Source of the DNA: Fimbriosthenelais zetlandica
Taxonomy: Eukaryota
NCBI GenBank assembly: GCA_977030845.1
Contig: OZ365113.1
Location: 33,666,001-33,730,000, forward strand
Direction: 5' to 3'
DNA length: 64,000 bases
The position numbers were made by a program, and so were the translations under genes. Of this stretch, positions 13,016-25,028 are shown piece by piece. Position 1 is the stretch's first letter, and each line of letters begins with the position of its first letter. The notes under the pieces are model-generated. The model had not been told where the DNA came from, made no database searches, and was given only the letters and a program-made list of their open reading frames with translations.

Positions 13016-14442
13016 ATTTGAAATGAACCTATCTATGTCATAACTACTCTAATTATTGTCTTTCCCGTATTTCCCTTGCTGTGCATTTAATATGTCAGAC
13101 ATGAACAGGCAATAATCAGTAAAATTCAATAAAAAATATCTTTTAAAAATCAAAAGAATACAGCAACTTAATTGCATTTGAACCCAAGACATTAATGGGA
13201 GATTTACAAATGTTGAAGACTCAGTCAGATGTAGGGAGAATATGTATTAAGAAGCCATAAGACTATGAGAAGCTCAGGTAGCAAGCTCAGCTTACAGTGA
13301 CCTAGTGCCCTTCTGTCGCACGGAGTGTCAACTTTCCTTGAAGCCATATTGTATCCAAGGGCATATGCTATGAACATTAAGATCGAGAAGAGTGGATGTT
13401 CTAGATCTGAACACAACTCCCTAACATCCCTAAGTCATCTTAGCCTTGAAAAGTAAAGTAGACTATGTTACAAGTTCTAAATTAAATTCAAATTCAGATG
13501 TTAATTCAATTCTCAAGGGATTTTTCAAGGGAGCCCAGTACAGTTCTTTGTGGGAATTATTGCGTCTTTTTGCCCATATTAGTAGAGAGCCAGGTATATA
13601 TGATATAAGGAGCAGCTCTGATCTCCTCAGAGGAGCTGCTCACCTGTAGCGTCTACCTGTAGAACCAGGTGAATCTTTCATGTCTTACTCAGTCAAAGGT
13701 GATGTACTCCCGACGACCATTCAAGCATGATTATCTGAAACCTTTCATTCCACTTATACATATATATAGATCACACAGGGAGAAAAGATACGTAGTTCCT
13801 TAACGATATGGACACATGTAATGAACTAGAAATGTATAAGATATGGATCAAGTTTTCAAGGCACCACAAAAGTGAATTTTTTTGGGGAGAACAAAACCAC
13901 AAATTACATTCCTCTTGACAATGTTACTCATTTTCAGGATGTTGCTCGGCTGAAGAATGCATTATTCTCAGCTCAAAAAGACATTTCTTCTTCTAGGGGT
14001 TTCTTCTCCCCTGAAGTAGATTGAAGCTTGAGGGGAGAGGAGCAGCTAGGAGTGTGATACTTGTCCATGTATCCATATTAAGCATCAGCTGAACACACAG
14101 CCACATAGGCTGAGACCCTGCTCCAGGCTGTGTAGGAATGGGAGGCTGGAGGCGGGGAGAGGAGGATGAGTCACAGAGAGGAGGCATACCCTGACCTTCA
14201 GCTATACACACACTGACAAATGGACTGGAGGAGAAGAGGTAAAGCGTAAAAGGCACAACCACATAACAACTGGGTCTGACTCATGCAGGTGTTTCATGCC
14301 TGATATGTCCACCTTTGTGGGATTGATACGGGCGGGCATACATCCAAAATAATGATGTACCACTCACATGGAGGGGACCAGACTACAGTCAGTATTCATA
14401 CGGCTAGTTACGTTACAATGATTGTAATGGGGATTGGGAGTG

Positions 14443-14506
14443 GAGCCGTGGCTCAGGCAGTAGAGAGTTTGACTTGAATGTAAGAGGTATCAGGTTCTAT
14501 TCCACA
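14443..14506 (+). pseudogene. tRNA-derived sequence (SINE head or tRNA pseudogene)
   Basis: A-box-like TGGCTCAGGCAGTAGAG and B-box-like GGTTCTATTCC at tRNA spacing; no intact acceptor stem. Confidence 0.5.
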
Positions 14507-14799
14507 ACTATTCTCCAAATGTTTCAATGTCCTTCTCCACCCAACCCAATGCTGCTAACTTTGATATTAAAAACCAAGTTTCCAATCGTCTGTCGTGGGA
14601 TGTATGTACAAGAATTATTGCTGTCGTTCGAGAAGAACAGATCATTAAGTGCTGACAGCGTGTTTCCTCCTCATCCTGAGATATACCTAACTAAAATGGC
14701 TGACGTTAAGCAATTAATCACTCAGGTATGAGATTGCTGAGTTAGTATCAGAACCAAGAATCACCTGAGACCAATGACTAATTCTCATATACTACTTAT

Positions 14800-16340
14800 C
14801 ATTCTAGAACTTCTATTTTTAAAGGGAGTTTTCTTCAGAGCGCGGTCACTAAAGTAAAGGTGAAGGGCAGTTTTTTTAGACCTTCTTTCAACCTGTAGGA
14901 CAGCTATAGACTAGAGAGCTGCGTGCTGACAGTAGTTAATGCCCGGGGACAGACACCTGGTCCTGATACATGACGGACGCTGAGGGCAGAGCGATCCAAG
15001 ACAATCCCCTCTACACACCGGGACCCTCCCCCAGACACCCCTGGCTGGCAAAACATGGCTTCCCTCATCCCAACTCAAGCCTGAGATCCCCGCCAAGAGA
15101 CAAGGCTTACAAGTTGAGCCCCGGGGGAGACCTGGTCACCGAGGAAACTTCTTATCTCAACTCCATCTACCGGTGAATGTCTTCATTAAAACTGAAAGGC
15201 GGCTCAGGCGGGAGTTTCCAGTAGCAAGTGACATAGGGAGATATCATTGGCGAAGTAAGCCAGGGTGTCTTTTATATAGACTCGCCGCGGGCGTGATGGC
15301 AGGTGGTCTCTGGGGTATTCTTGATGGCTCTGCTGAGGGGATCACTGCCCTGAAAGTATCGACGAAGAAAGCAGACAGTACATCACCATTTACTTCCGCT
15401 CTGGTTTGCTTCATCAAGCTTTTTGCTGTGAATGTCCAGGCTAGGGACGACGGGGCCCTGTAATCTCTATGGTAAATGCCAGGACTGAAGACATGAAATC
15501 CATGTCTATGTCGATAGAGACGCCCGCATCTGACGAGTGGACACAGGGTGGTAAAGACAAGGTCATAGCTCATGCCTTTCTCCCCTCCCATTCTCTGAAC
15601 ACACTGAGCTTGAAAAGCCCCGAGTATCTCTGTCACTCTTGAAAATGAACAGGTAGAAAAAGGATGACTTTAAAAAGTTACTAAAAGATCAAAAAGGATC
15701 CTAATTCCCAACATAAAAAGTCTAGCCCGGGGATGGGTGATTTTTTGTTCAAAGAGGAAGCGATTTAATGATTTCTTGAGGAGATTTCTGTGATGCTCAG
15801 TCGGGGAGGCTGTCAGCATGATGGGATTGGTCACCCATTTAGCCGTGAATAGACACTAATTCATCCCTGGGGAAGCGTGACTTGTAACGTGGTTTCCACC
15901 TCCTTCTCAAGACAGTTATAGATCGCTGCTGATCGAAGTACTTCCAACTGATGCCGATCTTAAAGGGGCAATGTGCCTTTAATCGTCAATTAAACCGTGC
16001 TCAAGTGGAACATCACTACTGTCAACGGGCCCGCCTAGACCGCCAATAATGAACCCCCAGAAGGAGATGATTCACTGGCGCCCTCTAGCGAGCTCCTCAT
16101 TGAAAACTGCTTCAACAATCCGATCATCAAAACGTCCCTCAATCAAGACTCAATTAGTCAAATCTGCGCAGAGGGAGGGGCTGGGAACAGCTGGGGGCAG
16201 GGCCCTCTTAGTGGGCCTTACAAGGGAAAGACAGGGGGAGGCACAGGCATCAAAAGTTAGCCGGCGAGGCGTTCTTATGACCATGATGGCATGTGGTTGT
16301 TGCATCTCTTTGCCAGTTTCCATGCCAACTTGTGTCAAAG
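14800..16340 (-). mobile_element. Decayed CR1/L2-like LINE (APE endonuclease end, linker, RT start)
   Basis: In minus-strand order: LVRPTKR...CADLTN then GRFDDRIV (PTR..D..TN and SDH-like), EVNGDVLSAFFVDTF (AExLNxFF-like) and RSPPGLNL (KSPGxD-like). Order and spacing fit a Jockey-group ORF2. Confidence 0.4.
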
Positions 16341-17164
16341 CTAAGCTGACAGCAGTTCTCGAGGGAATGTCACGAGCAGAGACGGCATGGAAGTAAAACT
16401 AAAAGGAAAAAGTTGTGACATTTCCAAAGTAACAAGTGCATGACAACAGAAGGCTGCAAATGTGAACCGAACTATGGACAAAAAAAACTGAAAAAGATGG
16501 GAAAGAACATGCATGGAAGGAGTAAAGGAATACATTTCATGACTTGCCCACATACTTCAAGTCCAATATGGGGCAATGTAAAATGCCTTGGCATGTATAT
16601 GTATAGAACGCGTATGGGTGAAGGGTTTGGTGGAAGTGATGGGGAAGGGAGATGAAGGGAATCCAGCATTTAAGTTTGCTCAGAGGAAGGCCTTAATGGG
16701 CTGCTGATTCTATGTATAAGAGAATCCGTCAATATAACATCTATCCCTGGCAGTGAAGGAAACATTTCATTCCCACACTTTAGTCTCTGCCATGTTTGCA
16801 TGATCAGATGGCTTAGCAAGGATATGCCCCATCAGAAACTACCACATCCCTTGGCCCTTCCTGCACCATGAATAATACTTCTGTATCACGTTATTTCAAA
16901 ATCCGCAGCTCCCTAACCGCTGAAGTTACCATTGGGGACGGTTCGGATCCCTTCAGCATTTACCACACCAATACCAAGGTGGAAAAACTCTTTTATTCAC
17001 TAATGCTCATCGAATTGCACCAGCACCGTTGGATTTAAAGCCTATAGAGGGCTGGAAGAATGCTGGGAAGATTCTTTTCATCAACAACCACAAAAGCATT
17101 TTGAATTCCCTGTGCCCAGATAACAAGCTGCGTTAGATAACGAAGTGGGTTGAGGCAGCACAAG

Positions 17165-17482
17165 CGGAGGATAATTGATGACATTTTCGTGCAGTTCCGC
17201 CCGTCTTTGGAACCAGAGCTGGCAGTGTATTTTTGTCAGCTATTCAATTGTGATCGGTGATCATGTATGGTTGTGTGGTAGAGAAAGGCGGTACTGGTGC
17301 AGTTCTAGCCTCGCGATTCACGCGAGAAACAATGCAACAAGCTCCCATTCTCCCCAACAGACACCAGTGATACAGATGCCTCATTTTTGATGACCAATAT
17401 CATGGATGATAATTATGAAGCCACTGTCTGTAGCGCAGCAAGAAGACATGAACCGATTAAATTGGATTTGAAAGCGTATGGA
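17165..17482 (+). mobile_element. Decayed LINE reverse transcriptase N-terminal fragment
   Basis: A single frame with 3 stops reads ELAVYFCQLFN ... W*RKAVLVQF ... NKLPFSPTDTS ... KLDLKAYG, paralleling LAxxLxxLFN / WKxAxVxP / NYRPISLTS / LDxxKAFD. Confidence 0.35.
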
Positions 17483-17904
17483 AATGGGAGCTATTGTTAA
17501 AGCATCTGCTTTAAATTCAATAGAAAATCAGATTGTTCATTACATACAGCTCAAAATTGTGCACGTGCATGCATGTCATACATGTATATCGGAAGTGTTT
17601 TTCACGGAAAAAAGGCAATAACGGTCAAAGTGGGAAAGGAAGCGTTATTAGAATAGGACATGCGATGCTATGCAATGGGGAGAAATACAGACATGTATTA
17701 GAGCAGCCTAAGTGGGCCTGATGATGGGGTGTAGTTGGGTCAACTACGTGCATTAGTATAAGCAACATGAGACGTGGGAGGAAAAGTATCTCTTACTCGG
17801 CTATTAACCCTGTTTTTTTCTGTTTAAAAGCACCAGCATCATGTACACCCCTACATTGGATTGCAATGATCTGACATCACGAAGTGGTCGTAGAGGGCTG
17901 CTGC

Positions 17905-18173
17905 NNNNNNNNNNNNNNNNNNNNNNNNNNNNNNNNNNNNNNNNNNNNNNNNNNNNNNNNNNNNNNNNNNNNNNNNNNNNNNNNNNNNNNNNNNNNNNNN
18001 NNNNNNNNNNNNNNNNNNNNNNNNNNNNNNNNNNNNNNNNNNNNNNNNNNNNNNNNNNNNNNNNNNNNNNNNNNNNNNNNNNNNNNNNNNNNNNNNNNNN
18101 NNNNNNNNNNNNNNNNNNNNNNNNNNNNNNNNNNNNNNNNNNNNNNNNNNNNNNNNNNNNNNNNNNNNNNNNN
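17905..18173. other. Assembly gap (269 N)
   Basis: Run of N characters in the sequence. Confidence 0.99.
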
Positions 18174-18559
18174 CAGGAATCCATATTTGCTGTATATAGA
18201 AATACAAGGCAATATATGCCCAAGTTATACATTGGACATGACCCCCTCATCAAAAGGCCATCTATTTATTAGGGAATATTTAGGCCAGATCAATGGTCAG
18301 TGAATAATGGCTCCCTTTTTATGCACTGATAAACAAAAAAAGCCTCCTGTGAAGATGATAAGGTTGTGAGTGGTCACCAAGGAGCCACAACGGCCTCCAT
18401 CCAATTCTGGCTTCTATCTTTCCATCAAAGAGTCGGCGCATGTCAAAGGCATATTTGTCCAAGGTCTATTATACCACCTTATGCATATGAAATCACACTC
18501 CAAGACAAGCACCATATCCACCATGGCCTGACTACAGAACTCCTCAGAATATTGTATTG

Positions 18560-18820
18560 GGAAAAGAGGCAGAATATGCAGACAACTGACATAGTGCGTA
18601 AAACAGGAAAAGGCCACAACGTTCAGACATAGTGGGCCAAACAGGAAAAGGCCAGAATGCTCAGACATAGTGGGACTAACAAGAAAAGGCCAGAATGTTC
18701 AGACATAGTGGGACTAACAAGAAAAGGCCAAAATGACATAATGGGTGAACAGGAACAGGCAGAATACGCAGACGTAGTGGGTCAAATACGAAAAGGCCAG
18801 AATGCAAAGACAAAGTGCCT
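18560..18820. repeat. 38-bp minisatellite, about 6.5 units
   Basis: Consensus GACATAGTGGGACTAACAAGAAAAGGCCAGAATGTTCA; units start at 18588, 18626, 18664, 18702, 18735, 18771 and 18809. Confidence 0.9.
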
Positions 18821-21800
18821 GGGTGAAAACTTCCTTTTCCCGTGACCATGTAATGAATGCATTCTGATTACTATGAGTGCCATTGAAGATTAAATATGAC
18901 AATCTAGATCTTCACTTTACTTTGTTATCATCACTGTGCCTCACACGTTTCTAGACATCTGGCTTTCAGTTAACACCATATTTCCTTGTTCGCATTGCAC
19001 AAATCCCAGCATGATTGAGATGCAAACAGGTCCGTGGATTAAGCTTGGAATAACTTAGCATAATTCTTCCCCCACACGGGAAGAATTAACATTTAGATGA
19101 TGCGGAAGGGATGAGAGTGAATATTCATTTGGTGAGCTGGGTATCTGGTCAAACCAATAAAGAGGGATCACTGTTGTTCATGCAATACACCATAAAATGC
19201 TAAGCCGCCCATAAACGCTGGATGATCCGGCAAGACATCCAATAAAGCTGTTCCACCCATCCGTACGAGCCGGCTACATGAGGAGGGGTTTTTTACCCAT
19301 ACTGTCAGCACTACATAAGCTTATTTACAAGGCAAAACACTGAATATGAAGATATATGGAGATCATACGTCAACATACAGTACTGCTACAGGGAAGCACT
19401 CTTCCTATGGCCACCTCCGAGACAAACCATGGGAAATGGCGTATTATTCCCTTTGAAGAATGCCTAGGAGGAAATCAATTGTTTTCTTGACCTTGGTTCT
19501 TAGCATGAGGAGTGTATTGGACACATCACCTTGGAAACGTGTACGGAGGGGACGCCATGTATGATCTTCTTGACTTATTTCTTATGATCCTTGAAATCCC
19601 AACGGCTTCTAATCTTCTCACGACAGGAGCGGATTATAAGGGATAATTAGGCTTCTTTTAAGACAAGGCCTGGGCATTAGGCAAATTAAATTTAGTGAAA
19701 AAGCAGGCAAAGCATGCAGACGAGCACAGATGCTCCAGGTTTTTGCTCCCAGGATTTGGATCCATTATTTCAATACATGGTACCAAAATATATGAAGTAT
19801 ATACAGAAACGAATTGAGTACAAGTTATAATAAAAGACACAAAAATAGAGATAAAAGTGTATAAGCAGAGAAAAAGGTACAGGAATCAATAAGAACAAAG
19901 CCCGGCGGAATATCTCAATAAGGAATAAAGGTGGCAAAAACTCGGTGTATTCTGTGTATGGCCCATTGTTTACCATAGCAACGTGTACATCAAAGTGTAT
20001 AGGGACGCGTCAGGTGAAGAACAAAAAATAGAAAGAAGAGCAGAGATAACGCTCCACCCAGCCTCCTTCTATAAGCCTGGTTTTAATCCAGATGAAACAA
20101 CTATCAATTTAAAGCTGATACATGAGGCTTCCAATTTGATCGTCTACTCCGAGGCTTCTGTTCATTAATATATTCCTATCAAGTCTCTGAAATTAAGATC
20201 TAATGATAGAACAAGGGACAGTAGAGAATGTGTTCAGTCTTCAATATTGAATACCTGGTACAGTGGGGATGCGTTAAACAGGTACCCCACATTTATTTTG
20301 GAAAAGACAAATTCCATGAGACAAAAACATTGGCCTAAGTATTTAGTAAGCGAGATCTTTAACTTATTATAAAGATGTGAAATATTCACTGCGATATTCT
20401 TTGGTGACATCTTTATTACATGGAAATTGTCCATGATCATTTCTTTTTTCCATAACAAGTTTTCAAATTCCTTGCTTTTCCCTTTCAACCACATAAAATT
20501 TCCCAGGGATTTCTTCTTTTAATCAGAATAAATTAAATTTGTCGGAGACTGGGTACAAGTCTACCGCGGGGAATGAGCCTGGTGATTAATGACCCGGGGC
20601 CATCCCTGCGGATCATATTAATCCACTTTCTCATTTATTTCGGACCTTCTGGGATCAGATTCTGCCGACAAAAAGCAACAAATTAAAAGAAATTACCAAG
20701 AATGAAATCGTTAAGATAAGGCAGGCATTAACAAAGGATCAGCAGGGGTCAGAGAGGCAGGAAAAAGATGGTCATAAATACAGACAGGCGAGGAGAGGGA
20801 TTTCAAAGCCATGAGTGAAATTGTAATCAGGATGAAAATCTTAAACTGAAGAGCTAATAGTTCATTGATTAGGAGGGGAAAGATGCACCTGGTGACTGGG
20901 AGGGGAAATAAGAGAACTTGTATTTTCGAAAGTCATTCGAAAGGAAAGTTTAGGTCTTATTTGTATTCCATAGCAGGGAGATATATTATTTGACAGATCA
21001 TTATTTATTTAATATATTTAAACTGCAGGGTTAATGGGTTTAGTTTTGTCCAGTTTTTTAATATCATGTTCACATGTTATGGAACATATTCCTCCGGGAT
21101 ATTTTAAGTTTTAAATCAGTCAGACACTTTTAATCATCAGTGACCATAAGTGAGCTCAGAAAACAAAGGTCCTGATTGCTCCACCTGCCATTACCTTTCT
21201 CCATTCTGTAATTGTCAATGTTCAAACAATGGAACATGACAATGTGAACCAGCAAATATTGACACGAAATGAGCAGTGTATACAAGGACCCCGACAACGA
21301 CTCAAGATTCACATGACAAGAGATGACAAAATATCTCAACTAGCCATCTCCAAACCATTAATACTCATTAATCAAAATGAAATATGAAATATTTGATGTT
21401 GGCGTGAAAATATGTTAATAACCATCCAGATAATGGCCTATGGGTACATCACACTCTATTCACATTAATGTGTCAATAAGCTATGAATAAACATGCAAAT
21501 ATATGTGAAACTAATTGTTAAATCCCCCGTACCGGTGCCAAAACCAATCCATTAGGTCCAGTGGGTTTGGTTGGTACTCGGTTTAGCCAGGTGGGAACAA
21601 CTGTGAGGACATACATGCACGTAACTAACCATGTCCAGTCACCTGGAAGGTGTCGTCTGCCGGACTAATTATACTTGCCGAGCATGGACTGCCCGCAGGG
21701 ATGTCCGAATCACAGTGGTCAAGAGGTCAAGTTAAATGTGCTTCATGTCACCCATGTTAAGTGACAGGAGATGACCAGTGTCAATGGAAGAGCCTCTGGT

Positions 21801-22022
21801 CAAGGTATGGACCGTGGACAGTGGATGGGTCTATGTGTCTGGCTTGGGACGTGATCAGTGGTCATTATAATGGTCATTTAATGACCAGTTATTTGTTTGT
21901 GGTAAAACATTAAGTTAATCACCTTAGAATGAGCTGTAGGAGTTATCTCTATTTAAATAACAAAAAAGAATAGGCCAGTTTGCAGTATTATTGGCCCGAA
22001 AAATGTTTTCCAGTATGTGAGC

Positions 22023-22267
22023 TATCTGAAAATATGTATTAAACTATGATCCCCAAAGCACATTTCAATGAAACCACTCATGAAGTAACAATTGCGTAGA
22101 AAAATCTGGGGTGGGGGGGGGGGGGGATCCTTACAAGTGAAATTTACAGACGATATATCTGAACATATATATGTAGGCTGAATATGATCCCAATGCATAT
22201 TTCAATATCAGAGAAAAATCATGACAATATGAAACCACTCGAGTTACAATTGCGTAGAAAAAAAATC
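22023..22267. repeat. Degenerate direct duplication enclosing a G-run
   Basis: Blocks TATGATCCC.A.GCA.ATTTCAAT and TGAAACCACTC..GT.ACAATTGCGTAGAAAAA each occur twice; a G4-T-G14 run lies at 22108-22126. Confidence 0.75.
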
Positions 22268-22899
22268 AGAAAAAACTAATAGTGGAATTTAACATTTAAA
22301 AAACTCAGAGGCTGGAATAAAGAAGAATCACGAGAGCCTCTCATTAACCTGTTCATATTTGTATAGGGTGGTCAGCCGAGGCTCCAGGGTACTGACCCGA
22401 GTCAGGGTCACAGTGGAGGGCTACAGTATCTAAAACTTCCTCCAGGCGGTTTATAAACAAAACCATCAAATCTCATGTCAGGGTACACCTTCAGTGTATG
22501 TAAACATACAGAGGTGAAAAACGTGATGTGTTCATTGTTAGGAGGGCTATATGGGTGACATTCAGTTTCTGGTATGTTTTGGTACTAATAAGTATTCAAA
22601 GTTTTAAAAAAAAAAGCATTGTACATATGGAAGGCCGACCAAATTTGTGCCGAATATGTGCAATAAAAATCTTCAAACTCAATACTATATGTACTATATG
22701 AGAGCAATACTTTCGGTTCTGATTTCCCCTGGAAATATTAGGATCAGAAATTCTCCTTTCTGTCCATTCCAATTTACCTGTTATTGGGCTTCTCCGTCCC
22801 TTTCAATTTCTTTTAATCGAATTGAGAAAATCCAGGAGAAATTACTGAAGGAGTGAAACAAAGGAAGGTGAGGGGAGGAAGGGTGGAGGGCGAGAGGCG

Positions 22900-23185
22900 A
22901 GTGGCGGCCATCTTTGTGAGGACCCATCCATGGGTTGTTAAGGAGGTGATGAAGCATGGTGAGCAGTAATGATTAGCTTTGTAATGAGGATGACACCCTG
23001 AAGGCAAACACAAACATCTTCATTAAGCAGACCACCCCACCCCTCACCGCTTAACACCCCTCTCCCCGCCACCGTCATATTTACACACTGACCTCAGGTC
23101 ATCGCTGACCTGTCCCGCAGCCAAGAACAGACTGCTCGCTGATTGGCCAGGTCAGTGACTGCCTTCTTCAGGCCTTTATTGGATT
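22900..23185 (-). promoter_or_regulatory. Candidate promoter: two CCAAT boxes, four nuclear-receptor half-sites, YY1 motif
   Basis: ATTGG at 23142 and 23178; TGACCT/AGGTCA at 23089, 23096, 23106 and 23149; AAGATGGCCGCC on the minus strand at 22903-22914; GC-rich context. Confidence 0.45.
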
Positions 23186-24531
23186 AGAGTGGTTCACAAA
23201 AATGACCACATGTGTCTGCCTCCTGATGGATCGAAAATTAGACAGGCAAATTACCCTATCTCCTATGTCTTAACGTTAGCTTCTAACAGACCCAATATGT
23301 TAACTTTTACCATGTCATTTATGGCAAATTTTACCATTCTATGGAAAAATTAGGCCTATAATATTATGCTGAAGGAAAAAAGATTTATGATGCTGAAAAG
23401 CTATCTTGTTTTCCCTCCAGCATTTCGTTAAATACATAATGGGATGAGAATCCTGGGGCAGGGAAGGTCATGGGAAGGTCAAATATTTCCAAAAAGGCCA
23501 TGGTCTTCACAAAATCTGGCAGTGTACCATATCCGTTATAGATGGATCGCCTTTGATATTTCATTACTTGTATATTTTCCTCAATCCATGGCAGCATTGG
23601 TTGGTAGAAAGGAAACTTGGTCATTGTGGGAATGACCCTTGTTTTATGGGGTAAGGTAAGATATGGAGTGTCCAGTTCTGCCTCTTGACCTTTACAGTAA
23701 GAGGCTCTTCAATCAGCCTTGCCTGCTCTCCTTTCCTCTCCCATCCCTCAAACCCTATATTAACTTGATCTTTGTACCACCCAGCCCTAAACGGCCTAAA
23801 GTGGCCAGAGGTGTCCTTCACTCCGCAATGAAAGACTGAAAGAACAGCAAAATATTCACTAAAAAGACCATAGAGAAGAGAGGGCAGACAGAAAATAATG
23901 GAAATGCTACAGCTATTACTTAAAAGCATCTGTATGCAATTCCCTACAGTATATCATCCAATAGGCATTTTCTGCTATAATGAAGAGTAGAACACACTTA
24001 TTGGGGTGGAAGCAGAATACAACTGTTAGGTATATTAATATTGATTGAGACCGCCTGTTCTACAACCACATGTACAGCAGCCCCACCCATGTAATATCAT
24101 CTTCAGTACAGATGTGAGTTTTTGTCCCAAAACTGATCAATATATTTATTTTCAGTTTTAGTCTGTGTACCAATATTTGACATACATCCCATCTAAATCC
24201 AATAAGGTTACAATGCAGAAAAAGGGTTAAAGTTGCATTGGGCGTTCCCTGCATAGACTGGCATAAGTCTGTTGTCAAATTATTTCATTTTTGCACAGGA
24301 TTCAATAGTAAATGCTTCATTCACAATTTTCCAAGTTTTGTAACTCTGTGTGACATTGTGTATCATATATCATAATTATGTCTGTGACAAAGATGTAAAA
24401 CATACATTGTACACACTACAATCCCCTAAAATGATACTATATGTACTTTAGGATTAAACAATCTGACGAGAGCACAGGAGGATGGCTAGTCTACAACTGC
24501 TCTTCCCCATTAAAGTGCCTTTTTCAGGAGA

Positions 24532-24577
24532 GCTACATGTAGGAGAGCCTGCAGCATGGAGTGCTCCTACATGTAGC
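24532..24577. other. 14-bp-stem inverted repeat
   Basis: GCTACATGTAGGAG - 18 nt - CTCCTACATGTAGC. Confidence 0.85.
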
Positions 24578-24821
24578 CTGACCTAGTTCACCAGGAGTGA
24601 AACGACCATGATCATCCTAACGACATGATCAAAGTGATCCCTACACTGGAGACATGACCTGGGGTAGTGGAGGTGAGGCAGGCCTACTGGAGGAGGAGGA
24701 GGGCCAGGCCTGCTGCATGGAGGGGCAGGAGCTGGAGACGTGATAGAGAGAAACAGACGGAGCAATAGCAACAGGAGCTCCAGAGATGCATACATGAGTA
24801 GTAGGATGGACAAGTGAATAA

Positions 24822-25028
24822 AGCCTGGAACACACTAATCCGATTCTACAATCCGTCGCCATCCGAACCCATGACACCCATTGCAATGATTGAAATTTGA
24901 CCAGTAGTTAGCCTTACATGAATGTAAAGGTCTGTTCAAATTACAAGCATCTAGTCTGAACAGAAATATAGTTTATGACCGATATCGGATGGAGCCGTAT
25001 AGATAATCGGATTAGTGTGCTCCAGGCT
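24822..25028. mobile_element. Harbinger-like MITE related to family B at the termini
   Basis: Near-perfect 24-bp TIR AGCCTGGAACACACTAATCCGATT / AATCGGATTAGTGTGCTCCAGGCT, flanked by TAA / TTA; 207 bp long. Confidence 0.8.

Noticed and set aside
14443-14506. Functional tRNA gene
   Set aside because: No acceptor-stem pairing and degenerate D and T arms; retained only as a tRNA-derived relic.
17804-18303. Five long ORFs in the ORF track
   Set aside because: They are open only because they run through 269 Ns.
18560-18820. CRISPR-like array (also considered for 5103-5178 and 37699-37746)
   Set aside because: The units are head-to-tail with no unique spacers, there are no cas genes, and the context is eukaryotic.
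2489-19088. 11-bp inverted repeats at 2489-2601, 10181-10232 and 19061-19088
   Set aside because: About the number expected by chance in 64 kb of AT-rich DNA; no target-site duplications or other copies seen.
19030-20494. RT-like words QGD, LYVD, PxxxGGL and KYLG on the minus strand
   Set aside because: Order and spacing are inconsistent with a single RT domain.
24583-24813. ORF starting with a Leu-rich, signal-peptide-like stretch
   Set aside because: Low-complexity CT/CCT-rich sequence yields Leu/Pro by composition; the donor sites are weak and it abuts a MITE.
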